This document shows, in pieces, positions 50,556 through 59,373 of a stretch of 59,373 nt of DNA. The notes beneath the pieces were generated by a model, which was given only the letters and a program-made list of their open reading frames with translations, was not told the origin of the DNA and ran no database searches. The stretch is from an uncultured Acidobacteriota bacterium (GTDB lineage Bacteria > Acidobacteriota > Polarisedimenticolia > JACPZX01), in assembly GCA_964568735.1 (NCBI GenBank), contig CAZMRF010000008.1, positions 42,261 through 101,633 of the forward strand, written 5' to 3'. Made by a program: the position numbers and the translations under genes. Numbering within the stretch: the first letter of the stretch is position 1; every line of letters begins with the position of its first letter.

Positions 50556-52997
50556 ATGACCCGCATCCAGCGATACGTCTTTCGCGAGCTCCTTGGTCCG
50601 ACCGTGGTGGGAGTTCTCGCCTACGGCCTGATCTTGATGACCAATCTCTCCATGCACGCCGCGGAAATGATGATCCGGAGGGATCTCCCGGTCAGCCTCG
50701 TCGCGCAGTTCGTGGCCCTGGCTCTTCCACGAATCGCCGTCCTGACTCTCCCCATGGCCGTCCTCCTGGGCACCCTCGTCGGAATCGGCCGTCTCGTCAG
50801 CGACAACGAGCTGTCGGCCCTCCGTTCGCTCGGCTACAACGATCGACGGCTGATCCTCCCAGCGCTCGCCCTGGGCTTGCTCGCCACGGCGGTCACCTGG
50901 GTGCTCTTCGACACCGCCGTTCCCACCGCCAACTACCAGCAGCACCAGCTCCAGGCGCGCATCTTCATCTCGTCCGACCTGAACAGGGAGATCCAGCCCC
51001 GGACCTTCTACGAGAAGATCCCGGGGCTCCTCATCTACGCCGACGAGGCGAATCCCACGGACGGCACGCTCCAGCGTGTCCTCATCCACCAGAAGACCGA
51101 GGGCGGCCGTGAGGAGATCTCGACCTCGGGGCGGGCCCGGATCGAGTACCGCGACGAGGACGGCGTGCTGAACTTCCGCCTGGAGGACGTCGTATCGCAC
51201 ACCTGGGACCAGGCCGACCCCCTCGTTTACCAGGTGGCTCGGCGCGACGAGGAGAGCATCGTTCGGCCTCCCGATATCTTCACGACGGAGATGCTCCGGT
51301 CGCTCGAAAAGCCTCCGCCGCCCAACCTCCGCGAGCAGAGCATGGTCCAGCTCCTCGACACCATACGCAGCTTCAAGCAGATGGAGCCCGGAGCCATCAG
51401 GCGCCGATACAGGAACGAGGCATGGGTCGAGCTCCACAAGAAGTTCGCCATCCCGGCGACCTGCCTCGTCTTCGCCTTCCTCGCGCTGCCGCTGGGTCTC
51501 TCCCAGCGCCGCGGAGGCCGGGCCTGGGGTTTCCTCATCTCCCTGCTGGTCGTGGCCGTCCAGTATTTTCTGCTCACGACCGGCGAGCAGACCGCCGACA
51601 GAGGGCGCATGCCGCCCTGGCTCGCCATGTGGCTGGGCAACCTCATCTTCCTCGCCGTCGGGTGCATTCTCCTCGCCATCGCGGGACGCTGGAGCTGGGA
51701 CCCGGGGGCCCTGCTCGCGCGAATGACTTTCAGGCGCCGCGGCGTCCCCGCGCCGGCCCCGGCGGAGCCGGAGCCCCCCGCTCAGCATCAGACAGCGGCG
51801 CTCCCTCAGGCCGCCCCTGAACCGACCGGGGCGGCAGCCGAGCTCCCACCCGTGCAGGCCGCCCGCGCTCCGCGCTTCATACCCCCCGAGCCGCTCCCCT
51901 GGCGCAGGAGGTTCCTGCCCGCCATCGACCTGTACATGCTCAGGACGCTGACCTTCGTCGGCGCCATCGTCGCCCTCTCGCTGACGCTCCTTTTCGCGCT
52001 CTACGCCATGGTCGATCTCATCGACGACATGAGCCGCGGCCGCGCCTCGCCTGCGCTCCTGCTCCAGTACCTCGGCAACGTGCTCCCGCAGTTCATCACG
52101 AGCTATGTCCTGCCGATGACCCTGTGCGCCGCCACGCTCATCACCTTCGCCCTTCTCGCGCGCACCCACGAGCTCACGGCGCTTCGCAGCGCCGGGGTCG
52201 GCCCCTTCCGCGTGGCCTGGACATTCCTGATCGTGGGGATCCTCGCCGCGGCGACCAGCTTCGGCGCCCTGGATTCCATACTCCCCGCCACCAACCAGAA
52301 CGCCATCGAGCTGCGGGACCGCATCCGGGGAAGGAGCCCGCGCAGCTACCGCCAGACCGAGCGGAGGTGGGTCTTCGGGAGCAGCGGCGATCTGGTCACC
52401 TTCTCGAGCTTGAGACCGGATCCCGGGGAGATCCTCGACCTGACGATGATGAAGTTCCATCCAGGCACCCTGCGCGTGAAGGAACGCATCTTCGCCGAGC
52501 GCGCCCTCTGGCACGAGGATCGGGGATGGGAGCTCGTCCATGGATGGCGCCGCGAATTCGGGGACGGGGGCGAGCGCTATGAGGAGTTCGATGTGCGGCC
52601 CGCGGCCGAGCTCGACCCGCCGGCCTATTTCTCCCAGGAATGGAAGGCGCCCGACCAGATGAACATCGGGGAGCTCCGTTCACACGTCTCCGATCTCAAG
52701 CGGCGCGGGTACGACACACGCGAGATCCAGGTCGGCCTCCATCGCAAGATCGCGGTTCCGGCCATCTGCGTGGTGATGGTCCTGATCGCGCTGCCCTTCG
52801 GCCTGCGGATCGAGAAGCGGGGGCCGCTCTTCGGCCTCGGCGTCGCGCTGCTCATCGCGGCCGTCTATTTCTTCCTCATGCAGGTGAGCGGGAAGGTCGG
52901 GGAGATCGGGCTCCTTCCGCCGGTACTGGCCGCGTGGGCGCCGAACGTCCTCTTCTCCGGCGCCGGGCTCTACCTCATGGCCTCGAGCCGCTGGTAG
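50556..52997 (+). CDS. Fused LptF-LptG-like LPS export permease (two YjgP/YjgQ permease modules in one 813-aa protein)
   Basis: First module: MTRIQRYVFRELLGPTVVGVLAYGLILMTN..., about residues 1-400. A Pro/Ala-rich linker follows. Second module starts LPAIDLYMLRTLTFVGAIVALSLTLLFALYAMVDLIDD... Each module has the typical 3 TM + periplasmic loop + 3 TM layout. Confidence 0.7.
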   Translation: MTRIQRYVFRELLGPTVVGVLAYGLILMTNLSMHAAEMMIRRDLPVSLVAQFVALALPRIAVLTLPMAVLLGTLVGIGRLVSDNELSALRSLGYNDRRLILPALALGLLATAVTWVLFDTAVPTANYQQHQLQARIFISSDLNREIQPRTFYEKIPGLLIYADEANPTDGTLQRVLIHQKTEGGREEISTSGRARIEYRDEDGVLNFRLEDVVSHTWDQADPLVYQVARRDEESIVRPPDIFTTEMLRSLEKPPPPNLREQSMVQLLDTIRSFKQMEPGAIRRRYRNEAWVELHKKFAIPATCLVFAFLALPLGLSQRRGGRAWGFLISLLVVAVQYFLLTTGEQTADRGRMPPWLAMWLGNLIFLAVGCILLAIAGRWSWDPGALLARMTFRRRGVPAPAPAEPEPPAQHQTAALPQAAPEPTGAAAELPPVQAARAPRFIPPEPLPWRRRFLPAIDLYMLRTLTFVGAIVALSLTLLFALYAMVDLIDDMSRGRASPALLLQYLGNVLPQFITSYVLPMTLCAATLITFALLARTHELTALRSAGVGPFRVAWTFLIVGILAAATSFGALDSILPATNQNAIELRDRIRGRSPRSYRQTERRWVFGSSGDLVTFSSLRPDPGEILDLTMMKFHPGTLRVKERIFAERALWHEDRGWELVHGWRREFGDGGERYEEFDVRPAAELDPPAYFSQEWKAPDQMNIGELRSHVSDLKRRGYDTREIQVGLHRKIAVPAICVVMVLIALPFGLRIEKRGPLFGLGVALLIAAVYFFLMQVSGKVGEIGLLPPVLAAWAPNVLFSGAGLYLMASSRW

Positions 52998-55983
52998 CCG
53001 ACGAAGCCTCTTCCAGGAGCCGGCGGATATCGGGCTGGGCCGGGTCGAGCGACAGGGATTCACGCGCCGCTTTCACCGCCTCCCCGGCGCGGCCCCTCGC
53101 AAGGTAGAGGCGCGCCAGCGCGTTCCGGGGGGCCGGCCACTTCGGATTCGAGGCCCTCGCGCGCTCCAGCTCCTCGCGTCCCTCCTCCTCTTTCCCCTGC
53201 CGCACGAGAAGGATGCCCAGCTCCAGCCGTGCCCGAGCGTGATTCGCATCCAGCGCGAGGATCTGCCGCAGCGAGCGGTCGGCCTCGCGCAGCATCCCCC
53301 TGCGGATGAGATTGAGGGAGAGGTTCAGCCGGGCGTCGGTGTAGTCTGGCTCGAGATCGATGGCCTTCAGGTACTCCTCGAACTCCCCTTCCGGGTCGCC
53401 GAGGAGCCCCAGGACCGCCCCCAGGTTGTTGTGCGCGGATGCGTAGGAGGGGTCGAAGTCGATGGCCTGCCCGAAGGCCTCCTTGGCCTCGTCGCGCCGC
53501 TCCAGCGCCAGCAGCGCCGAGCCGCGGCTGTTCCAGATCACTGCGTTTTCCGGATCTGCCTCCAGTCCCGTGGCGTAGGCCTTCAGGGCCTCCTCGAGCC
53601 TGCCCTGATCCTGGAGGACGAGCCCGAGGTTGTTCCACGAGCCGGGGAACTCGGGGTCGGCCTGGATCGCCCTCCTGAACTCGGCCATCGCCTCGTCGAG
53701 CCGCCCCTGCTCGCGCCGGATGAGTCCGCTGTTGTTGATAGCCTCGGCATAGTCCCCGTCGATCTCTTCAACCCTGCGGTAGGCCGCGAGCGCCTCTTCG
53801 CTCCTTCCCTGCCGCGCGAGCGTGATCCCGAGGCTGTTCCACAGGTGCGGGTTGCGCGCGTCCTTCTCGAGGGCCCGGCGGAAGGTCTTCTCGGCCCGAT
53901 CGACCTCCCCACGCTCCAGGAGGACATTCCCGATCAGGTTGTCCACGTCCGGCAGCTCGGGATCCGCCCTGCGGGCCGCCTCCAGCTCCTCCAGGGCCTT
54001 GTCGAGCTTCCCGGCGGCCATCAAGGCCCTGGCCACATTCATCCGTGCCGCGTAGAAGGACGGGTCCTGATCGAGGGCCTTCCTGAAGGCCTGCTCGGCC
54101 TCCGCGCTCCTCCCCTGCTGCAGCAGGGCGATACCGACATTGTTGGAGGCGTTGGGCGTTGTCTGGCCCAGGTAGCCGAGGGCCGTCAGCTTGGCGAGCA
54201 TCTCCCTCTCGACCGCCTCGGAAGCGGCGTCGTTCCCGGCCGGCAGATCCGCGGGGAGATCCCCGGTCCCCTCCCAGGTCGCGATGCGCTCCACGGCCTC
54301 AGGCGGGCCCTCCTCGAGAAGGGCCGTGACGACCCGGCCGTCCATGTCTTCGCCCACGGGCAGACCCATGAGCTCGAGCAGCGTCGGCGTCACGTCCAGG
54401 ATCGAGACGTCGCTCAGGGCGCCGCCCTTGCGGATGCCCGGTCCCGCGACGGCGAAGATGCCGAACTTCCGGTGCCAGTCGGCGGCCATCCCCACGCCTA
54501 TCCTCGGATCGGTCTGCGGGCGGGTCGAGCCGCTCTTGAATCCGTGGTCCGACACGACCATCACCGTCGTACCCGCTCCCGCCGCCTCCAGGAGCTCCCC
54601 GAGCAGCTTGTCTTGAAGCTTGCAGAAGCGCTCCACGACGGCTCCCCACCGTTCCACGGCTTCGGGCCGGACTCCCGGGAGTCGCGGCGGTGCGTAGCGC
54701 ATGAAGAGGTGAGATACCGTATCGATCCCCTCGTAGTAGACGGTGGTCACGCGGGGGCGGTACTCCTTCAGGAGGCGCAGGGCGGCGTGGTGATAGGTCC
54801 GGGTCGAGACGAGGATTTGCCGGAGCGCCGACTCGTCCTCGTTCCCGGGATCGGCCTCGCGCCCCAGGAGCCCGGTGAGGTCATCGCCCGCGCGGCGGGA
54901 AGCCACCCGGATCTCGGGCGCGAGCGAGAGGATGAGCCCCTCGGGCCAGGTTCGTCCCCTGAGGGCCTCCCCCGACGCCTGCCCTCCGAAGAGCTGGTAG
55001 GCGACCCGATCGCTGACCTGGAAGCCGAGCACCCTCTCCGCGGGCCACGTAGCCCACCATCCCACGGTCCCCACGGTGATGCCGCGCCCCGAGAAGATCT
55101 CCCAGAAGGCCCTGGCTTTCCGCATCGTGCTGGTGACCGGCATCTCCCGGCCCGTCCTCGAATCGACGGCGAGGAAGTCCACGATACCGTGCTTCTCGGG
55201 GACCTTGCCCGTCGCCATCGACGTCCAGAGGATCGGAGAGAGCATCGGCGAGAGGGCTTTCATCCGGGCCTTGACTCCTTCCTGCACCAGGCGCCTGAGG
55301 TTCGGCATCTCCCCTCTCTCCATCAAGGGGTCGAGGACCTTCCAGTCAGCGCCGTCGAGTCCGATGAGCAGGATCCGTCTTCCGTCCCCGGATTCGGGAT
55401 CGAAACCCCGCTCGTAGAGCTCCGGCCAGAAGCCCATCTGCTCGAAGGAATCGGCCTTCAGGCCCACCGAAGCGAGGGCCGCCCGGATCGAATCCGCGAG
55501 CGCTTCCGCGGGCGCCGATGAGAGCGAGAGAAGCTCGTCGAGGCTGTGCTGCGACGCCACCGCTCCCGCGGCCCCGGCGACGATTCTCGCGAGGATCGCC
55601 GGGTCGCCAAGGCTGCCGCTGGGGAGCAGGGCGAGCCGTCCGGCCGCGCTCCGATCGGGGTGGAGGCTGATCGTGGCCGAGAGGCGCACAGGCGTCCCCT
55701 CGCGGCTGGCCAGCGGCTTTCCTTCGACCTCGCGCACCACGAGGTCGGCCTGGAAGGGTCGGGCAGGGAGGCGGCGGATCCGGCTCAGGAAGGGCAGGCG
55801 CCAGTGGAAGCCCGGCTCGACGGCCCGGTACTCCGCCGACCCCGCACGGCCGCAGATGACGATCTCATCGTCTCCCGGGGGTACGTGGTAGATCCCGGCC
55901 GCGACCAGCGCCGCCCCGACAAGAAGGAGCGCCGTGAGACTGCCCGCCCGGCTCAACGTGATGCCTCCCCGAGAATCCGTCAT
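52975..55983 (-). CDS. Membrane-anchored type-I phosphodiesterase/nucleotide pyrophosphatase (alkaline-phosphatase superfamily) with a long C-terminal TPR-repeat region
   Basis: N-terminal TM (SLTALLLVGAALVAAGIY). AlkP-core motifs ([35 protein letters not shown]). At least 10 TPR-like repeats in the C-terminal 450 aa (AE.AFRKALDQDP..., AL.AY...LE.DP...). 1002 aa. Confidence 0.7.
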   Translation of the reverse strand: MTDSRGGITLSRAGSLTALLLVGAALVAAGIYHVPPGDDEIVICGRAGSAEYRAVEPGFHWRLPFLSRIRRLPARPFQADLVVREVEGKPLASREGTPVRLSATISLHPDRSAAGRLALLPSGSLGDPAILARIVAGAAGAVASQHSLDELLSLSSAPAEALADSIRAALASVGLKADSFEQMGFWPELYERGFDPESGDGRRILLIGLDGADWKVLDPLMERGEMPNLRRLVQEGVKARMKALSPMLSPILWTSMATGKVPEKHGIVDFLAVDSRTGREMPVTSTMRKARAFWEIFSGRGITVGTVGWWATWPAERVLGFQVSDRVAYQLFGGQASGEALRGRTWPEGLILSLAPEIRVASRRAGDDLTGLLGREADPGNEDESALRQILVSTRTYHHAALRLLKEYRPRVTTVYYEGIDTVSHLFMRYAPPRLPGVRPEAVERWGAVVERFCKLQDKLLGELLEAAGAGTTVMVVSDHGFKSGSTRPQTDPRIGVGMAADWHRKFGIFAVAGPGIRKGGALSDVSILDVTPTLLELMGLPVGEDMDGRVVTALLEEGPPEAVERIATWEGTGDLPADLPAGNDAASEAVEREMLAKLTALGYLGQTTPNASNNVGIALLQQGRSAEAEQAFRKALDQDPSFYAARMNVARALMAAGKLDKALEELEAARRADPELPDVDNLIGNVLLERGEVDRAEKTFRRALEKDARNPHLWNSLGITLARQGRSEEALAAYRRVEEIDGDYAEAINNSGLIRREQGRLDEAMAEFRRAIQADPEFPGSWNNLGLVLQDQGRLEEALKAYATGLEADPENAVIWNSRGSALLALERRDEAKEAFGQAIDFDPSYASAHNNLGAVLGLLGDPEGEFEEYLKAIDLEPDYTDARLNLSLNLIRRGMLREADRSLRQILALDANHARARLELGILLVRQGKEEEGREELERARASNPKWPAPRNALARLYLARGRAGEAVKAARESLSLDPAQPDIRRLLEEASSATSGSRP

Positions 55984-56237
55984 CCGGCGCGCGGCCGGAG
56001 GTTCCCGAGCATTCTAGTCCCCGCCTCCGGGCGCGCCTCCCCTCCCGCCCGGGCCTCCTCCCCGACGATCGAGTTCGGTGTGCCGGCCGGCGGAGGGGCT
56101 GGCTCCGTGAGCCGGTGCTCGAGGGCCGCAGCCGGGAACGGGTGAGGAGATCGAGCCCTAGAGTCAGCGTCGAGGCGCGACGGCGAGCCCGCCCGACGGG
56201 CCTGGAGGTCCGGAACGTTGCGGAATCCGGCCGGCTC

Positions 56238-58808
56238 TCAGGGCAGGAGCTCCGAGCGGGTCTCGTTCCCGCAGGGATCCCGGGCCGTGACCTTGTAGAA
56301 GTGAATCTGGCCGAAGGCCGGCACGGCCGTCGCCGCGTAGGCGGAGTCCACGACGCTGTCGCCGTCGAAGTTGTTGTTGGCGCTCGTGAGGACGATGAAC
56401 GGAGTGATGCCGGTATTGGCGTAGGCCGAGGCGGCCGTCTGGCGGTAGAGGCCGTAGGCGGTCGCGCCGATGCGCGAAGGCCAATCGAGCTGGGTCGTGC
56501 TCCCCGGGACCCAGGCCAGGTTGGCCCCGATGGCCGGCGGCGGCGTGGTCTCACCCGCGGTCGTTCCCACCAGGGTGACCCGCTTGGCCATGTTCCATTC
56601 CTTGTTGAAGGGATTGAAGCTGTCACGAGCCCGCACGGTGTAGACCCACTTCTTCGCCGCGCCCCCCGAAGCGAACCCCGTGTCGGTGAACCAGCCGTCG
56701 CGGGTCGTGGCGATGGAGTTTGCGGAGCTCGGGATGTAGCTGAAGTTCGCGCAGGGCACGGTCGTGTTCGTCGTGGCGATGCACTCCTCTCTGTGGATCT
56801 CGTAGACCACCGGCGGGGTCGTCGCTTCCACGGCGGGATTCCACGTCAGGACGGCGGAGCGGACGCAGTCCAGCCCGCCCACCGCCGTCACGAGCCCCAC
56901 CGTGGTGGCCCAGGCGGGAGGCTCGTTGTCCACGTAGGTGTAGGCGCCCGTGGCCGTGGCGAAGGTCGTGTCGGGGTTCCGGACCGTCACGTTGACCGCC
57001 CCGAGAGCGTGGGCCGGCGGCTTCGCGACGATCCGGCGGTTGTTCAGGAACCTGAGATCCGCGGCCGGCGCTCCCGCGAACTCCACGGCGGCCCCGGGAT
57101 CGAAACCCTCACCGCGCACCAGGACCCAGTCGTTCCCGAGAAGGTCACCGGTCGGAGGATCGACGCGCCGGACCTGGATCGGATTCGCCGAGGGACCGGC
57201 CCCTGCTCGATGATGGAAGCCCAGGTCGGCCACGCCCGCATCGCCCAGCCCATCCGCCCGCGTCGTGAGCGCGTCCAGGGAATGCTCGGTGGCCAGATCG
57301 CTGCCCGCGTCCACCGCCGGGCTGTCCGGCGCGTTCGGATCGGCCTGCGTCAGGTAGAAGCCGCTCAGCGGGCCCGGCGTGAAGGCCGGATCGTTCGAAA
57401 AGTTGCCCGTCCCCGGAAGCTGCATCCCCGCATCGGACCAGGTGATCGTCCCGAAGGCCTGGCCGGCGGCGTCTCCTCCCACGTTGCCCCACAGGATCAT
57501 GTCGGAGGCCGTGAATCCGGGCAGGAGGGTCATGGAGCCGTCGATGAGGAAGCCTCCACCGAGAGTCGGGGCTCCGGAGTTGAGAGCCAGCGTGTTGCGG
57601 CTGAAGCTCCCGGAGAGCATCCCCGTGCCCTCGAAGGCCACGCCGCCGCCGGCGCCGAAGGCCGCGTTGCCCACGAAGAGGTTGTTCTCCGTCGAGAGGT
57701 CGTAGAGATCTCCAAACGTGAAGAACGTGATGGCCATCCCGCCCCCCGTCCTCGCCCGGTTGTGGGAGAAGACGTTGTCGGCCATCTTGAGCGAGCCGTT
57801 GTTGTAGCCCGCATAGCTGCTCGTGGCGAGGGCGAATCCGCCGCCGCGGCCGAAGTAGGAACGGTTCCCGACGATCTCGTTGCCGGCGATGGTGACCCTG
57901 ACCTCCAGCTGGGAGTTGTAGTTGGGGTAGATGCCTATGGCCCCGCCGCTCTTGTTGTGGGAGCGGTTGCCGATGAGGACGTTGTTGCTCACGGTGGGTT
58001 TCCCACCGTAGGCCGCCGTCGCGGTGAAGTAGACGCCGCCCCCCATCGTCGCGCTGGTGTTGCCCGCGATGACGTTGTTGCTCACGATCATGTTGTCCGA
58101 CGAGACGACGACTCCCCCGCCGCCGAGGCCGTCGCGGAAGCCGTTCAGGATCGTGCAGCCATCGATGATCGATACGTTCAGCAGGCCCGCGCTCCGGAGC
58201 GCGAAGCCGTTCCTCGCCGCGTCGATGACGGTGATCTGCGCGTCCGGATCCCGCAGGGCGAAGCCGGGCTGCCAGCCGCACGAGATGACGTTCCCCTCGT
58301 AGACCGCGAGCTGGGACTCGAGGTAGGTGCCCGCCGCCACCCGGACCTCGGTCGGCGTCGTCCCGCTCGTGATGTCCGTTCCCTTGAAGATGGTCCGGAA
58401 GGGCGTGCTGGGGCTCGTGCCGTTGTTCGTGTCGAGCCCCGTCGTCGCGACGTAGAAGACGGGCCCGGTGTGCAGGAATGGGTAGAACTCGTCGGCCCCG
58501 TTGACGGAGTCCGTGACGTTGATGGTCGTCGTCCGGGCGGAGGCAAACGTGGGGATGGTCACGGAGAGCGTCCGCGAGTTCACGAAGGTCGTCGCGGCCG
58601 CCGTGGAATCGAAGGTGACGGTCGTGGAGGACCTGAAGCCGACCCCCCGGATGATCGCGGTCCGTCCGGCGACGTTGAAGGGCGAGAAGGCCGGGTCGAT
58701 GACGAAGACCTCGAGGCCGGCCGCCGCCGCACTCCCCACCGCCGCGGAGAGGATCAGCAAGGCAAGAGACAACACGACGGCGCGGCGGATCACCAGATGA
58801 AGCCTCAT
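56238..58808 (-). CDS. Secreted IPT/TIG-domain and right-handed parallel beta-helix (PbH1) repeat protein
   Basis: Signal peptide MRLHLVIRRAVVLSLALLILSAAVGSAAAAG. Beta-helix repeats (NNVIAGNTSATMGGGVYF, NNVLIGNRSHNKSGGAIGIY, GNEIVGNRSYFGRGGGFAL, NLFVGNAAFGAGGGVAF). Two IPT-like segments. The ORF can extend to 59141, but the signal peptide supports 58808. Confidence 0.65.
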   Translation of the reverse strand: MRLHLVIRRAVVLSLALLILSAAVGSAAAAGLEVFVIDPAFSPFNVAGRTAIIRGVGFRSSTTVTFDSTAAATTFVNSRTLSVTIPTFASARTTTINVTDSVNGADEFYPFLHTGPVFYVATTGLDTNNGTSPSTPFRTIFKGTDITSGTTPTEVRVAAGTYLESQLAVYEGNVISCGWQPGFALRDPDAQITVIDAARNGFALRSAGLLNVSIIDGCTILNGFRDGLGGGGVVVSSDNMIVSNNVIAGNTSATMGGGVYFTATAAYGGKPTVSNNVLIGNRSHNKSGGAIGIYPNYNSQLEVRVTIAGNEIVGNRSYFGRGGGFALATSSYAGYNNGSLKMADNVFSHNRARTGGGMAITFFTFGDLYDLSTENNLFVGNAAFGAGGGVAFEGTGMLSGSFSRNTLALNSGAPTLGGGFLIDGSMTLLPGFTASDMILWGNVGGDAAGQAFGTITWSDAGMQLPGTGNFSNDPAFTPGPLSGFYLTQADPNAPDSPAVDAGSDLATEHSLDALTTRADGLGDAGVADLGFHHRAGAGPSANPIQVRRVDPPTGDLLGNDWVLVRGEGFDPGAAVEFAGAPAADLRFLNNRRIVAKPPAHALGAVNVTVRNPDTTFATATGAYTYVDNEPPAWATTVGLVTAVGGLDCVRSAVLTWNPAVEATTPPVVYEIHREECIATTNTTVPCANFSYIPSSANSIATTRDGWFTDTGFASGGAAKKWVYTVRARDSFNPFNKEWNMAKRVTLVGTTAGETTPPPAIGANLAWVPGSTTQLDWPSRIGATAYGLYRQTAASAYANTGITPFIVLTSANNNFDGDSVVDSAYAATAVPAFGQIHFYKVTARDPCGNETRSELLP

Positions 58809-58960
58809 CTCCTCGACCCTGGCCCGGGACGGGACGTAGGGCCACACGCTGCCGGGGCACACCCCGCGGGCGCCGCCGGCCACCAAGAGCTGTTCGGAGC
58901 GTTGAAAGGCTGCCCTAAACACGGAGACTGCGTGACTTGACCGTTCCCGGGTGACTTTTC

Positions 58961-58989
58961 TTATACGCGGAGGCCCGAGGCAGGTCAAG
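58961..58989 (-). promoter_or_regulatory. Candidate sigma-70 promoter for the beta-helix gene (minus strand TTGACC-17-TATAAG)
   Basis: Reverse complement of 58984-58989 is TTGACC; of 58961-58966 is TATAAG. Confidence 0.3.
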
Positions 58990-59149
58990 CCGAAAAAGCC
59001 CATCCTTCCCCGCCGGAGCTTCCAGGACGCAAGAAAAGCGGGAGAGAGCCCTCGGACGCGGGTCGTGAAACCCCTGAGGGTTCGTATTTGTCCGTATTTG
59101 TCCGGGGCCCGGGATGGGCGCCGGGGCGATCCCGGCCGCAACTCGACCC

Positions 59150-59373
59150 CTAGGTTCCCTCTGACCAGGAGTGGAGGTACCGGTCCTGCTCGTCGGTGAG
59201 GGTGTCCGTCAGGAAGCCCATGGTCTCCAGCTTCAGCCTCGCAATCTCGCGATCGATGTCGGGAGGCACCGGGTAGACCTTTTTCTCGAGGCTTCCCGCC
59301 TGGCGGACCATGTACTCCGCCGCGAGGGCCTGGTTGGCGAAGGACATGTCCATGACGGAGGCCGGGTGCCCCT
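59150..59373 (-). CDS. ahcY: Adenosylhomocysteinase, C-terminal fragment (continues beyond the window end)
   Basis: [20 protein letters not shown]...[29 protein letters not shown] matches the AhcY C-terminus (HPSFVMS.SFTNQ...LDE.VA.LHL..LG.KLT.LT..Q..YL). Confidence 0.7.
   Translation of the reverse strand, partial: GHPASVMDMSFANQALAAEYMVRQAGSLEKKVYPVPPDIDREIARLKLETMGFLTDTLTDEQDRYLHSWSEGT

Overview
High-GC (~68%) chromosomal segment from a Gram-negative bacterium; gene content (MglA, a RomR-like regulator, MJ0042-type zinc ribbon, TPR/HEAT proteins, sigma-54) suggests Acidobacteriota or a Myxococcota-like lineage. Nearly all of it is a densely packed plus-strand array of core genes. In order these are: dnaK (3' portion, frame broken), a sigma-70 family factor, a DnaC/IstB-like ATPase, a thiolase/crotonase pair, the lptC/A-lptB-rpoN-hpf cluster, two acyl-CoA dehydrogenases, a split acyl-CoA mutase (large subunit plus B12 subunit), two CheW-like proteins and a RomR-like response regulator, valS, nadC, birA, coaX, an LMW-PTP fusion and comEC. 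They continue with a minus-strand IHF/HU-site-2-protease pair, der, an MglA-like GTPase with a long acidic tail followed by a double zinc-ribbon membrane protein, glnA-glnE, a cNMP-binding/FHA protein, scpAB, rpsA-ihfB-HIT-miaB, a BFN nuclease, parAB, a fused LptF-LptG permease and a partial ahcY. Three minus-strand genes (a beta-lactamase-like hydrolase, an NPP/alkaline-phosphatase-TPR protein and an IPT/beta-helix secreted protein) interrupt the array. No rRNA, tRNA, CRISPR or obvious mobile element was seen. The most interesting content is (a) a compact MglA-centred module: MglA with a fused ~230-aa acidic tail, an adjacent zinc-ribbon membrane protein, a secreted protein and a HEAT protein, with no adjacent mglB; (b) an orphan CheW-CheW-RomR-like module 12 kb upstream; (c) unusual fusions: LptC/A-like, LptF-LptG, LMW-PTP plus an unknown domain, and cNMP plus FHA; (d) a ~31-nt deletion and frameshift in dnaK, and homopolymeric G tracts in promoter and leader regions. 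The many long antisense ORFs in the six-frame track are high-GC artefacts and were not called.
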